Position numbers and translations under genes: made by a program
The notes under the pieces: model-generated
Databases searched by the model: none
What the model was told of the DNA's origin: nothing
The model's input: the letters and a program-made list of their open reading frames with translations, nothing else
From: Thermodesulfobacteriota bacterium
GTDB taxonomy: Bacteria; Desulfobacterota; Desulfobacteria; Desulfobacterales; SURF-7
Assembly (NCBI GenBank): GCA_049320885.1
Contig: JBMORA010000031.1
Location: 1 to 64,000 of the forward strand
Length of the DNA stretch: 64,000 nt
Reading direction: 5' to 3'
Shown: piece by piece, positions 28,350-38,040 of the stretch
Layout of the letters: each line of letters opens with the position of its first letter
Numbering within the stretch: the stretch's first letter is position 1

Positions 28350-29823
28350 TCTGATAGAGCCGGCTGCCGACAATGAAAAATCTCGCCTTGCCGTTACCGC
28401 CTTTCGGCATCTTGGCGGAGGCGGGAAAGGCGAACTCGATTTCGCGGCCGTAATGGCTCCGGATGGAAACATCCTGTTCGCTTTTGACGATTCCCTTGAT
28501 GTTGTTCATGGCGCCGTTGACGGCGCCGTCCATCAGCACATTGTAATCCGCCTGGCGCATCAGTTCATCGGGATAGTCGGCATAGCCCACCAGGCAGGCG
28601 GAATCCTCCTTGTCCACCATATACATGAAAATATCCACGGGGCCCACCGGGGTATCGAGGGTCTGTTTAGTGGAAACGGCTTTTCCGGGTAAAATGATGG
28701 AAAACCCGCCTTCGGGAGGCGAAAACCGGGTGCCTTCCAGCACCGTCGGATCAGGGGGCAATTCCTCCACCAGGCCATCCGCTCTCGGAATCGCGGCAGC
28801 ATCCGTCCGGTCTTTTCCCGATCCGCGACAGTCGATCCAGGACTCCAGGTCCCTTGTTGTGTGTCTGCCCCGGGCCCTGAAACAGTCCTTGTCCGCCGCG
28901 ACGATCTCCACCCGGATGTCGGGAGCGGTGATATACATGTTCAGAGCCGCGAGACTGGCGGTGTATTTACCGTATTTTTCATGATACCGGTCCTGAGCTG
29001 CCTTGACTTTTTCCAGTTCCTCGTCGATGGCGGCGACAAATGCCCGGTTGCGGTAGTCGACGAAACCGGGGATGGCGAAAACAGCCATGATGCCGGAAAA
29101 AGCGGTAACCCAGACCAGACCGACACCAATAAGCATCGCCATGGCGGTTCGATCCGCAGTTGCCGGATATTGTTCCCGGAGGGATTTTTCATCCCGGACG
29201 ACGTACCGGATGAATTCGACAACCGCCATCAGGGACGGTACGAAAGTCCAGAAAAAAAGCAGGTAGAGGACTCCCTGGACATATTGTTTCAGATAGAATT
29301 TATGTCCGCCGATTCCCCCGGTGAAAAAGGTCAGCAACAGCAGGATGGACTTGGCGGGCGGGGATTTCAGGGCCAGGCCGCAATGGGGGCAGGTTTTCGC
29401 GGTTTTTTTGGCGATCCGGCCGCAGGCTTCGCAATAGATATCATCCGGTCCTTTCACTGCGGCTTGAACGGTTGCTTGAACCGGAAGGGGTGCCGATTGC
29501 GGTTTCACCGCCGCAACCGCCGCTTCTTTTTCCGTAATGGCGGGTTTCGGCTTGCCCGGCTTCGGGGCCGCGCTTTTTTTCGCCGGCAGGTCCTGTTCCT
29601 TCTGGATGGCGCAGACGGCCCCGGCCTTTTGAAAGGCTTCCTGAATTTTTTTGCAGGTAGCGAGATCGGCGTTTTTTTTCACCACCACAACCTTGCCGGA
29701 AAAGAAGGATTCAAGGGTGGCGGGGTTTTTATACATTCCGGACAGCGCGGTTTTGACGTTTTGGACGGAATGCCCGTCGGTGATTTCCCCCTTGAAGACG
29801 ATTCGATAGGTTTCCGTTTCCAT
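28261..29823 (-). CDS. Multidomain membrane protein: N-terminal alpha/beta domain, Zn ribbon, TM2 domain, pilin-like domain, C-terminal periplasmic domain
   Basis: CEACG..CPHCG; FTGGIGGHKFYL (TM2); GIMAVFAIPGFVDYRNRA (pilin-like helix). Start set at ATG 29823 (GGAG RBS); ATG 29853 is an alternative. Confidence 0.75.
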   Translation of the reverse strand: METETYRIVFKGEITDGHSVQNVKTALSGMYKNPATLESFFSGKVVVVKKNADLATCKKIQEAFQKAGAVCAIQKEQDLPAKKSAAPKPGKPKPAITEKEAAVAAVKPQSAPLPVQATVQAAVKGPDDIYCEACGRIAKKTAKTCPHCGLALKSPPAKSILLLLTFFTGGIGGHKFYLKQYVQGVLYLLFFWTFVPSLMAVVEFIRYVVRDEKSLREQYPATADRTAMAMLIGVGLVWVTAFSGIMAVFAIPGFVDYRNRAFVAAIDEELEKVKAAQDRYHEKYGKYTASLAALNMYITAPDIRVEIVAADKDCFRARGRHTTRDLESWIDCRGSGKDRTDAAAIPRADGLVEELPPDPTVLEGTRFSPPEGGFSIILPGKAVSTKQTLDTPVGPVDIFMYMVDKEDSACLVGYADYPDELMRQADYNVLMDGAVNGAMNNIKGIVKSEQDVSIRSHYGREIEFAFPASAKMPKGGNGKARFFIVGSRLYQIMKIGEDVLASPHTDPFLASFQLKTGDGT

Positions 29824-29883
29824 ATCCGCTCCGCTGTTGATCATTCTGCTCATGATTGTGCGCCGCTAAAATTCTTTTTCCGG

Positions 29884-30633
29884 TTAGCCCTCAACCCGCG
29901 GTATCCGCGACCGGCATTTCCGGGAAGCGGGTCTTTCCCGCAACAGCACATAAGTGGCGCCAGCGCCACCGTCATGACGTCTGGCGCTGGTGAACGCCAA
30001 CACCCATTTCCGCCAATATCCGGTGGTCAGCCATGCATGCACTTTTTCCTTCAGCACCGGCCCCTTGGGGGAAGAAAGACCGCGACCATGAACAACCAGC
30101 ACCGCGCGTTTACGGGTGGCGATGGCGTATGTCAGGAAGGCATCCAGGGCGGCCCGGGCATCCGCCACCCCGTAGCCATGCAGATCGATATGATCCTGAA
30201 TGGAAAAATCTCCGTGATGCAGGCGCCTGGCCATGATCGGGTGCACCCGGTATCCGAGGCCCTCCCGGTATTCAGGGGTCAGGGAAACCACAAATCCCTG
30301 CCCGGTTTCCACCAACTCGTTCAATTTCCGGAAGGTTTCCGCTTCCGGATGATCGCTGGTTTCCTTCGGTTTCGTATCCGGTGCGGTTTTTTCCCGCCGG
30401 TTGCTCCTGGAAAACGGAGTGACATCCGCCATGGCCGCCAGAAACAAACGACTCTCCTGCTCCGGGTCTGGCTCGGAGCAGGCGTCGGCCTTCAGAACCG
30501 CCGGCGGCTGGAACGGCCTGATGCGCTCGGAACCGCACCGGTTGCGTGGGGACGGAAAAAGGCCGCTGGTTTTCATCAGATTTCCCAAATCGGCAAAAGA
30601 GGTACAGCATGGGGCTTTGTTGTGTGATTTCAT
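29884..30633 (-). CDS. Smr/MutS2 domain endonuclease
   Basis: IDLHG, VVHGRG, GGAGATYVLL. Confidence 0.88.
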   Translation of the reverse strand: MKSHNKAPCCTSFADLGNLMKTSGLFPSPRNRCGSERIRPFQPPAVLKADACSEPDPEQESRLFLAAMADVTPFSRSNRREKTAPDTKPKETSDHPEAETFRKLNELVETGQGFVVSLTPEYREGLGYRVHPIMARRLHHGDFSIQDHIDLHGYGVADARAALDAFLTYAIATRKRAVLVVHGRGLSSPKGPVLKEKVHAWLTTGYWRKWVLAFTSARRHDGGAGATYVLLRERPASRKCRSRIPRVEG

Positions 30634-30645
30634 TCATCCCCCTTT

Positions 30646-31074
30646 TTATCGGGATCTGAATATCTCCCGTAACATTTCGCCGGTTCGGTACCGGAAATAG
30701 TCCGAGATGATCCGACCGTGATCAAACACCATGGGACCGGGAAGGGCGTGTTCATGGAAAACACCCGCTTCCTTGGCGTCGTCATCCGCTTTGGGCGCGC
30801 CTTTGGCCCTGGCGATGAATACCACGCTGACGGTATGGTGCCGGGGATCACGGGCAGGATCCGAATAGGCGTGAAACTGCTCCACCAGGCTTACATCCAA
30901 ACAGGTTTCCTCCCTGGCTTCCCGGCGGGCGGCCGCCTCCAGCGTTTCACCGTAATCCACAAACCCGCCGGGCAAGGCCCAACCATGGGGAGGATTCTTG
31001 CGACGAATCAGCACGATACCCTCATCCACTTCGATGATGATATCCACGGTCAGGTATGGATTCTTCGGCAACAT
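30646..31074 (-). CDS. NUDIX hydrolase
   Basis: [22 protein letters not shown]udix box, RDPR; start codon uncertain. Confidence 0.9.
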   Translation of the reverse strand: MLPKNPYLTVDIIIEVDEGIVLIRRKNPPHGWALPGGFVDYGETLEAAARREAREETCLDVSLVEQFHAYSDPARDPRHHTVSVVFIARAKGAPKADDDAKEAGVFHEHALPGPMVFDHGRIISDYFRYRTGEMLREIFRSR

Positions 31075-31248
31075 TGTCAACGGACGGCTCTGCTCTTTCT
31101 CCCCGACCGGATGGAAACCGGAAAATTCCCGCGTATCCAACCCCGGCCCCGACGAAATTCATGTAGATGACTGGATGGTATCCGTATTCCTTAATAGAAC
31201 ACAATGGAGCCGAAATCAAGTCACCCGGTATGGTTTTTGCGCGCCTGG

Positions 31249-33375
31249 TCACATAAAGCGGTAGGTAATGAACCCCATTATACTGTATTGATTGTATATT
31301 TCCGCAATCTGGTCATAACGGGCCGCGGCGTTGAAATGCCATGCGCGGTGAAATCGTTTCAGATAGTCCAGACTTCCGTTGGCTCCGATCCTGGATATGG
31401 TTTCAGCCGAATGTTCTTCCGAAAACTGATAGCTGGGGCCGCCGCTCAGGGATATCCGTTCGTCCGGTCCGAAGGCATAGTCCAATTGAAGATTCAGGGC
31501 GTTGTTGAGGAATAGTCGCGGACTGTAATACCCCCCCGGCAGCGGCGAAGCCTCGGTGTCCTCAAATCCCCCGTGATCCTCGGAATAATGGGTGAGGGAA
31601 AACAGATCCGAAATCGAGACGGTGAAAACGTCTCTTTCCATCACCGGCAGTTTCGCCTTGGCTCCGATCCCGTAAACGGCGTTGTTTCCGGCAGTATCGG
31701 CGCTGATGAAACCGGCATGGGGTGTCGCCTCTATATGAAAACGCTTATCCGTGTACGAGATCTCGCAAAAGGCGGTGTTGGATCGGGCGGCGCCGATTTT
31801 GGCCCCGGTGACGGGGTCCGTGCCGCCGCCGATGGAAAGCAGGGAATCGGTCTTGATCTCCCGCCGGATTCCGGCGGACAGCTCCAGATCCGATCGCCGG
31901 AACAGATACTGCAACAGGAACTCCCCGGCGCCCTCGGCTTCTTCCATGGCATGATAGGATGCCGAGGCTTCCAGGTTCCGTTCCGGATCCAGCCGGTATT
32001 GGAGATCCAGCGTAAAAAACCGGCCGTGAATATCCTCCTTGTCCCGCCAATATTTTTCCAGGCCGATTTTCCCGCCGCAGGTGAGAAACGGTGTCGGGTC
32101 CCCGCTGCCGCCCGTGGCCAACTGAAAGCCGCTCAGTTCATAATTCTCCTCATCACTGCCTTGATCGAAAAACCGGACGCCCGCCATGACTCGCGGCTCA
32201 CGGCCTTTCATCAAATCCCGTTCCAGGGAGGATGCTCCGATGTTTCCGGGTTGATAGGCCAGGGCCTTACGGGAATGATGGATGGCCATGTCGTTGTCGC
32301 CTTTCCAGGCGTAGGCATTGGCCAGCCCCTGGTGGGCCGCGGGATTACCGGGCTGCCGCTGCAGGATGACATGGTACTGGGCAATGGCCTTGTCCAGGTT
32401 TTCCTTCCGGGAGCCCAGCAGCCGGGCGTATTTCAAGCGGATATCGACCCTGCCCGGATGCTTCCCGACCAGTTTTTCATATTGGCCGGCGGCCTGTTCG
32501 TAAGTGGTCTTTTCACCGGCCAGCAGCTCCGCATATGCCAGCCTGGTATCCAGACGATCCCGTCTCTTCAACACGGTTTCGAACTGGATTTTGGCGCTGT
32601 CGAAATGACTGCCGGTCCTGGCCAGGGCCTTGGCATATTCCTCCCGCATATCCAGATCTCCCGGGTATCGGTCCACCAGCTTGCGGTACTGGGAAACCGC
32701 ATCTTTTCGATGGGCGGCTTCTTTTGCATACAGGCGGGCCAGTTGGAGATTGATTTCCCGGTCCCCGGGATATTTCCGGGCGATTTTTTCATATTCGGCG
32801 ATGGCCTCCTTGCGGTAGCGGCCATCCCAGAGCAGCAGTTTCCGGTATTCGGCGTTGAGGACTTTGTTTTCGGGGTTGGAAGCGCCCAGTTTCCGATATT
32901 CTTCCACCGCCTCGCCCATGGTTTTTTTATCCGCCGCCAGCAATTTGGCCAGTTTATGACGATTGACCCGGTCCTCCCGGACCGCCAGGCCCATGCGGTA
33001 ATATTTGATGGCGTCCTTTTTACGGTAGGCATACCGGGACCACTCGAGGAACCCGGCCTGTTTGAAGGCGATCTCGGCATCCTTTGGAAACCGCTCCAGA
33101 TAGCGGTCATATTGCTCGATGGCCTTATCGGTCAACCCCTCGGCTTCGTAGGCCTTGCCCAGCAGCCGCATGGCTTCCGGATCGTCCGGCTTGATTTCGA
33201 CAAGTTTCTCAAAGGCTTCGATGGCGGCCTTGTAATTGTGAATGCGCATATTGGCCTTGCCCCTGGACATGTACCAGGACTCCTTCAGCTCCCCGCCGTA
33301 AAGCGGCCCGGCCGAGAGCAGCAGCGACCAGAGAAAAACCAGGCGAAAAGCCGTCAGAGAAAGCGGTCCCTTCAT
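31249..33375 (-). CDS. TPR plus C-terminal beta-barrel outer-membrane protein, BcsC-like exopolysaccharide exporter
   Basis: Signal peptide, about 10 TPR-like repeats, C-terminal amphipathic beta-strands containing GGYYSP and ending FITYRFM; 4 bp downstream of the synthase gene. Confidence 0.75.
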   Translation of the reverse strand: MKGPLSLTAFRLVFLWSLLLSAGPLYGGELKESWYMSRGKANMRIHNYKAAIEAFEKLVEIKPDDPEAMRLLGKAYEAEGLTDKAIEQYDRYLERFPKDAEIAFKQAGFLEWSRYAYRKKDAIKYYRMGLAVREDRVNRHKLAKLLAADKKTMGEAVEEYRKLGASNPENKVLNAEYRKLLLWDGRYRKEAIAEYEKIARKYPGDREINLQLARLYAKEAAHRKDAVSQYRKLVDRYPGDLDMREEYAKALARTGSHFDSAKIQFETVLKRRDRLDTRLAYAELLAGEKTTYEQAAGQYEKLVGKHPGRVDIRLKYARLLGSRKENLDKAIAQYHVILQRQPGNPAAHQGLANAYAWKGDNDMAIHHSRKALAYQPGNIGASSLERDLMKGREPRVMAGVRFFDQGSDEENYELSGFQLATGGSGDPTPFLTCGGKIGLEKYWRDKEDIHGRFFTLDLQYRLDPERNLEASASYHAMEEAEGAGEFLLQYLFRRSDLELSAGIRREIKTDSLLSIGGGTDPVTGAKIGAARSNTAFCEISYTDKRFHIEATPHAGFISADTAGNNAVYGIGAKAKLPVMERDVFTVSISDLFSLTHYSEDHGGFEDTEASPLPGGYYSPRLFLNNALNLQLDYAFGPDERISLSGGPSYQFSEEHSAETISRIGANGSLDYLKRFHRAWHFNAAARYDQIAEIYNQYSIMGFITYRFM

Positions 33376-33379
33376 AGCG

Positions 33380-36300
33380 TTATGATCCTTCTTTCAGGCG
33401 GAATCCGACGCGAAACACCAGCGGCGCCATTTTCTGTTGATAAACAAGTTCCATTTCCATGGTCCCGGCCTCCTGGTTTCCCAACATCCATTTTTCGTTC
33501 CCTTGAATTGCCGGGGTGAAAACCAGAAATCCCCTGCCGGCCGCGGACCGGTTCCGCAGAAGGGCGGCGACCCGCCGCCGGCCGTTGGCCAGGCGCATGA
33601 AAGTAAGGCTTTTATATCGGACCTCGGAGCGTTTCAAGACCATTGAGGAAGAAAAGCAGGAAAAAATGCCCCGGATGAAATAAAACCCCATCAGGAGATT
33701 GCTGCGGGTGTGTTCCCCGTGGACGTCTTCCCAGGTGGCCGGGTCCGCGAAGGTGCGCAGCAGGAGTTGATTGCGATCCCCGGGGTCCCGGAATTGGAAA
33801 CAAAATCCGCACCGGCTGCGGCCGCCTTTTTCCCGGTCGTGATAGACCAATCTTGCGGGAATGCGCAGCGGCTCCGCTGCGAACAGGGTCAACTCCACCG
33901 CCCCGGGAATCCGGTCCTCCGGTCCGGTCCGGAAGGACAAACCCGTGAGGCTGATGTCGCTGGTGGCGGCGCTGAGCGAGACACCACCGGACGTGAGGGT
34001 GAACGGAATGGAAACCCGCAGTCTGTCGGAAGCGCGCCTTTGGGGACGCTCCCAGGCAACCAGCAGGGCCGCCGAAAGCAGCAGCATATTGTAAACGGCC
34101 CATCCCAGGTTGAAAAGATAGGCATCCTTTTCGATTTCGAAATAATAGAATTCCGCCACGCCCTTGATGATGGCCACGGCGTTGATCACGGCCATCAGCA
34201 GCGTGACGGCGGAGGAGGAGAAATCAAACCGGCGCCGGTCCGAGACGATGCCCTTGGGGGTCACCTTGAAGCCCAGGCTTCCGGGCAGCAGCAGGGAGAA
34301 CATGGACAGAAACAGCGGGAAGCAGACCGCCTTCTCGTAAATCACGCCCCAGAACATCCGGGGCCATTTGCGCAAAAGCGCTCCCGAGAGCAGGGGCAGG
34401 CAGATCATGTAGGGCAGCATGTAGGCCAGCAGCACCGATACATCCGCCAGAATCGGATGGAGATGAAACAGCAGATAATACAACGGCGTGATCCAGAAGA
34501 TGACCCGCACCACAGGAAAAAAGAAGTAATACAGGGAGGCGAAATAGCCGAACCGATGCCGAAGGCCCAGGCCTTTCCGGACCAGGGGATTGTCGCGGAA
34601 AAAAATCTGCAGGCAGCCCTGCATCCAGCGGCGCCGCTGCACGATATAGGAGGAGTAGTTTTCCGCGGTCAGGCCCACGGCGAGATCCTTGTCCACGAAG
34701 ACCGATTCGTAGCCCCTGGCGTGGAGATGCTGACTGCTGTGAATATCCTCGGTGATGCTCATCAACTGGAAGCCGCCGATATGCTCAAGCGCCGATCTCC
34801 GGAACACGGCCCCGCTGCCCACGAAAAAGGCCCCTTTCCATCCGTCCCGGCCCCCCTGGATTCCGTGGTTGAACATGTCCTGCTCGTTGGGGATCAGGCC
34901 TTCGCAATGAAAGGCGCGCTGAAAAATATCCGGATTGTAGAAATGGTGGGGGGTCTGGACAACGCCGACTTCGGAATTCTGGAAAAAAGGCACGGTTTCA
35001 TCCAGGAAGCTGGCCACCGGAATGTGATCGGTATCGAAGACCACCACCAGTTCCCCCCCGGTCAGGGACAGGGCGTTGTTCAGATTGCCGGCCTTGGCGT
35101 GTTGTTTCGGCCCTTTGATATAACGGGCACCGCAACTCCCGGCCAGCGCGGCCACTTCTTGCCGGTGGCTGTCGTCCAGCACGAAAACGTTCTTGTTCCG
35201 ATACCCCATGGAACAAGCGGCCAGCAGGGTTTTTTCGAGGATGTCGAGGCTTTCGGAATAGATGGGAATGTACACATCCACGGATGGGCAGTAGTTTTCC
35301 GGTTGTTGCGGCAGCTCCCGTTTCCGCTTTTTCAGACCGACCTGCAGCAGCAACAGGAAAACCGTGGACAGGCAATAGAATTCGGCGGCCAGCAGGGAAA
35401 TGCTGATAAAGGGACCGAGGGCTTCCAGAAAATTGAGCGAACACGCAACCCGCCAATTCAGGTATCGCAGACACAGGGCGAAGCCGGTGATCAGGAATCC
35501 GGCCTTGAAAAACGCATACCGGTCGAGGCCTTCCCAGCGGGAAAGCAGAAACAGGGCCAAACAGGCCATGGAGAGATGCAAAGGGAAATGGCTCCGAAAA
35601 CCGCGAAAATCAAACGGTTTCAGGAAGTCGAAAAAATCCGTCAGATCACGCGCCACATGAACCTGCAGCGCCCGATCGAACCACAGCCAGTTGTGGAGAT
35701 AATACGGAGTATCCTTCCCGGCCCTGGCCTTCCGCCATAACTCGCCGAGCTTGTGCTCACTCAATTGCCGGGCAAGATCCGGATCACCGATGGCGGCCAG
35801 GGAACGCACCGTGGCGTACAAAGGGAGCGCCTCGAACCGGGACTTCGATTTGCCGTCGATGGTATAGCGGTCATCGAACCGCCGCCGGTTTTGCCATTCG
35901 GATTTCCAGAAAGCCAGCATCCGGCCGATCAACTCGGTTTTGTTCCGGCCATGCCAGTAATCATCCACGGCCACCCGCCAGTAAATGGGAAACGCATCGT
36001 AACTGAAATCGGCCTTCCGCCCCTTTCCCGGTTTCATCAGCGTCGGTTTACCGGTCTTGCGGTCCAGATAGACGATTTCCGGCGGCAGGGGCAGTTTTTC
36101 CTGCAGGAAAATCCATTCCAGGATTTCATAGGAGGAAACCACCAGTTCCTTCCAGGGATGTTCCTCATCCACCTCGGCAAACAATTCATAGGCGTAGGGC
36201 GCCAGATAGGCAACGTGGACGGTGGGAAACGCCTCCTGGAGACTCCAGTTCCCGGCGGTGGGATAGTATTTGTCCTGGAGCCGAATGACCTCGTTTCTCC

Positions 36301-36766
36301 AGATGTCCTGAATGATCCTACGGGCGTCATCCCGGTATGCAGCCGTGGAGAATTTTTCCGCCGCCAAAAGGAGGGCCAGGGCGATATCCGTATCTGCATC
36401 CGTGGCGGAATTGCGGTCCTGTTTCCATTTCCAGGCGAACAAGTGATCCCCCCGGACCATCAGATTCTCCCGTGTCCACTGGTAGACCTGTTTGAAGGTC
36501 CGGTGATCGTTGGACCAGACCGCCCGCAGCAGGGCGTAGCCCTGCCCCTCCGAGGTCGTGATGTTGTTCTCGTCGAGACTGATCACCCGACCTTCCCGGA
36601 TATACGTGTATTTGTAGAAACTCCACAGTTCGTGAAGGCTGTTGACCAGGGCATGGGATTTCCCGGCCGGCGCCGCCGCCAGGGGAAGCGGGGAAGGCAG
36701 GAGCCAGAAGGCGGCGGCCAGCAGCGGGATGGTTACAAGTGGATGTGACAATACAATTCTGTTCAT
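33380..36766 (-). CDS. GH8 endoglucanase (BcsZ-like) fused to cellulose synthase catalytic subunit (BcsA-like GT2) with PilZ
   Basis: GH8: TTSEGQGY, NSATDAD, FSYDA. GT2: DDS, HAKAGNLN, FDTDH, QTPH, FFVGS, ITED, QRRRW, FKVTPK. PilZ: RASDR and DISLTG. Confidence 0.92.
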   Translation of the reverse strand: MNRIVLSHPLVTIPLLAAAFWLLPSPLPLAAAPAGKSHALVNSLHELWSFYKYTYIREGRVISLDENNITTSEGQGYALLRAVWSNDHRTFKQVYQWTRENLMVRGDHLFAWKWKQDRNSATDADTDIALALLLAAEKFSTAAYRDDARRIIQDIWRNEVIRLQDKYYPTAGNWSLQEAFPTVHVAYLAPYAYELFAEVDEEHPWKELVVSSYEILEWIFLQEKLPLPPEIVYLDRKTGKPTLMKPGKGRKADFSYDAFPIYWRVAVDDYWHGRNKTELIGRMLAFWKSEWQNRRRFDDRYTIDGKSKSRFEALPLYATVRSLAAIGDPDLARQLSEHKLGELWRKARAGKDTPYYLHNWLWFDRALQVHVARDLTDFFDFLKPFDFRGFRSHFPLHLSMACLALFLLSRWEGLDRYAFFKAGFLITGFALCLRYLNWRVACSLNFLEALGPFISISLLAAEFYCLSTVFLLLLQVGLKKRKRELPQQPENYCPSVDVYIPIYSESLDILEKTLLAACSMGYRNKNVFVLDDSHRQEVAALAGSCGARYIKGPKQHAKAGNLNNALSLTGGELVVVFDTDHIPVASFLDETVPFFQNSEVGVVQTPHHFYNPDIFQRAFHCEGLIPNEQDMFNHGIQGGRDGWKGAFFVGSGAVFRRSALEHIGGFQLMSITEDIHSSQHLHARGYESVFVDKDLAVGLTAENYSSYIVQRRRWMQGCLQIFFRDNPLVRKGLGLRHRFGYFASLYYFFFPVVRVIFWITPLYYLLFHLHPILADVSVLLAYMLPYMICLPLLSGALLRKWPRMFWGVIYEKAVCFPLFLSMFSLLLPGSLGFKVTPKGIVSDRRRFDFSSSAVTLLMAVINAVAIIKGVAEFYYFEIEKDAYLFNLGWAVYNMLLLSAALLVAWERPQRRASDRLRVSIPFTLTSGGVSLSAATSDISLTGLSFRTGPEDRIPGAVELTLFAAEPLRIPARLVYHDREKGGRSRCGFCFQFRDPGDRNQLLLRTFADPATWEDVHGEHTRSNLLMGFYFIRGIFSCFSSSMVLKRSEVRYKSLTFMRLANGRRRVAALLRNRSAAGRGFLVFTPAIQGNEKWMLGNQEAGTMEMELVYQQKMAPLVFRVGFRLKEGS

Positions 36767-36834
36767 GCCGTCCGTGAGTCGTCCTTGAAAAAAAAGAGAC
36801 TCTATAAATCAGCGCCCCCCTGCTGTCAATCGTT

Positions 36835-37725
36835 TTACCAGTGGGGCTGGTTCCCGATTCTTTTTCCCATGATTTCCAGAGTGTCCGTTACCACCATGAA
36901 GGTCTGGGGATCCATACGACGGATCAGTTGTTTCAGACGGGCCAGTTCCTGAAAGGTAATCACCGTATACAGGATTTTTTCCTCCTGGCCGGAATACCCG
37001 CCCTCCCCCGGGATCACCGTGACGCCGCGCTTGATTTCGTTCATGATGCCGTCGGCGATCTTCCGCCATTGCGGGGAAATGATCAGCACCGCCTTGCGCT
37101 GGCTCAGCCCGGTCACCACCAGATTGATGATCCGGGAGGATACGAAAATAAAAATCAGGGTATACAGAGCGCTCTCCAGGGAAAAGAGCAACCCGGCGGC
37201 GGCCAGCAGCAGAAAATTGAAGGCCAGCACCGTGCTCCCGATCCGGATGGAGAAGCGTTTCATCAGAATGATGGACAGGATATCCGTGCCGCCGGATGAA
37301 CCGTAGGAGCGCAACGTGATCCCGGCGCCGGCGCCGAACAGAATCCCGGCCAGCAGCGCGCTCAAAAGCGGATCATGGACGTCAAAGGGGACCTGAATCC
37401 AGGATACCGCCAGGGTGAACATCAGCATTCCCACCAGGCTGTAGTAGAAAAACCGCCGGCTGACATAAATCCACCCCAGGACGAACAGGGGGATATTCAG
37501 GAGGAAATACAGGAGGCCCATATCCCAGGACGGCAGGATGAAATACACCAGCATGGCCAGCCCGGTCACGCCGCTGCTGATGAACTGCCTGGGAATCAGG
37601 ATGCCGTTCACCGCCAGGGCGCAGAGCAGGCTGCCGGCCAGCATGAGCGCCAGGTTCCAGGCGATAACGCCGGGGGATGAGCTGCCGGCTTTTTCAACCG
37701 AAATCGTTTTTTCGTCGGATGTCAT
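36835..37725 (-). CDS. YitT family membrane protein
   Basis: SSGVTGLA, NIPLF, SSGGTDI, RGVT..GEGGYSG, DPQTF. Confidence 0.9.
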   Translation of the reverse strand: MTSDEKTISVEKAGSSSPGVIAWNLALMLAGSLLCALAVNGILIPRQFISSGVTGLAMLVYFILPSWDMGLLYFLLNIPLFVLGWIYVSRRFFYYSLVGMLMFTLAVSWIQVPFDVHDPLLSALLAGILFGAGAGITLRSYGSSGGTDILSIILMKRFSIRIGSTVLAFNFLLLAAAGLLFSLESALYTLIFIFVSSRIINLVVTGLSQRKAVLIISPQWRKIADGIMNEIKRGVTVIPGEGGYSGQEEKILYTVITFQELARLKQLIRRMDPQTFMVVTDTLEIMGKRIGNQPHW

Positions 37726-37936
37726 GAAAGAGCCCTTTCGTCAGGGGGTTGCGAAGAACAAATCCGCTACCTTCTCAAACGGTTATGGGATTCCGCGCTT
37801 GTCCATGCGGCTTCCGGAATAATCTGTTTAGCTTTTTTTGGCGCTTGTTTCAAGGAATCCGCTGCGGTTGGTTCCGCGCGCGGGAAAAAATCCGGGATTC
37901 CAGGGGACCTCGGGGAACAAGGTCACGATTATTTTC

Positions 37937-37974
37937 TTGACTTTTTATGTTTCCAAATTATATTGTGCACGATA
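37937..37974 (+). promoter_or_regulatory. Sigma70 promoter (TTGACT-N16-TATATT) with overlapping palindrome TATTGTGCACGATA, putative MarR/OhrR operator
   Basis: Motifs read directly upstream of the DUF1499 and MarR genes. Confidence 0.55.
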
Positions 37975-38040
37975 ATTTTGAACGCCATATAAATGAAGAA
38001 CCCCAACGGGCCTGACCACAACCAGAAAGGATAGCCCCAA

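Noticed and set aside
28861..30627. 588-aa plus-strand ORF
   Set aside because: Antisense to two well-supported genes; no recognisable domain
31573..35740. 648-aa and 676-aa plus-strand ORFs
   Set aside because: Antisense shadows of the BcsC-like and GH8-BcsA genes; neither resembles BcsB
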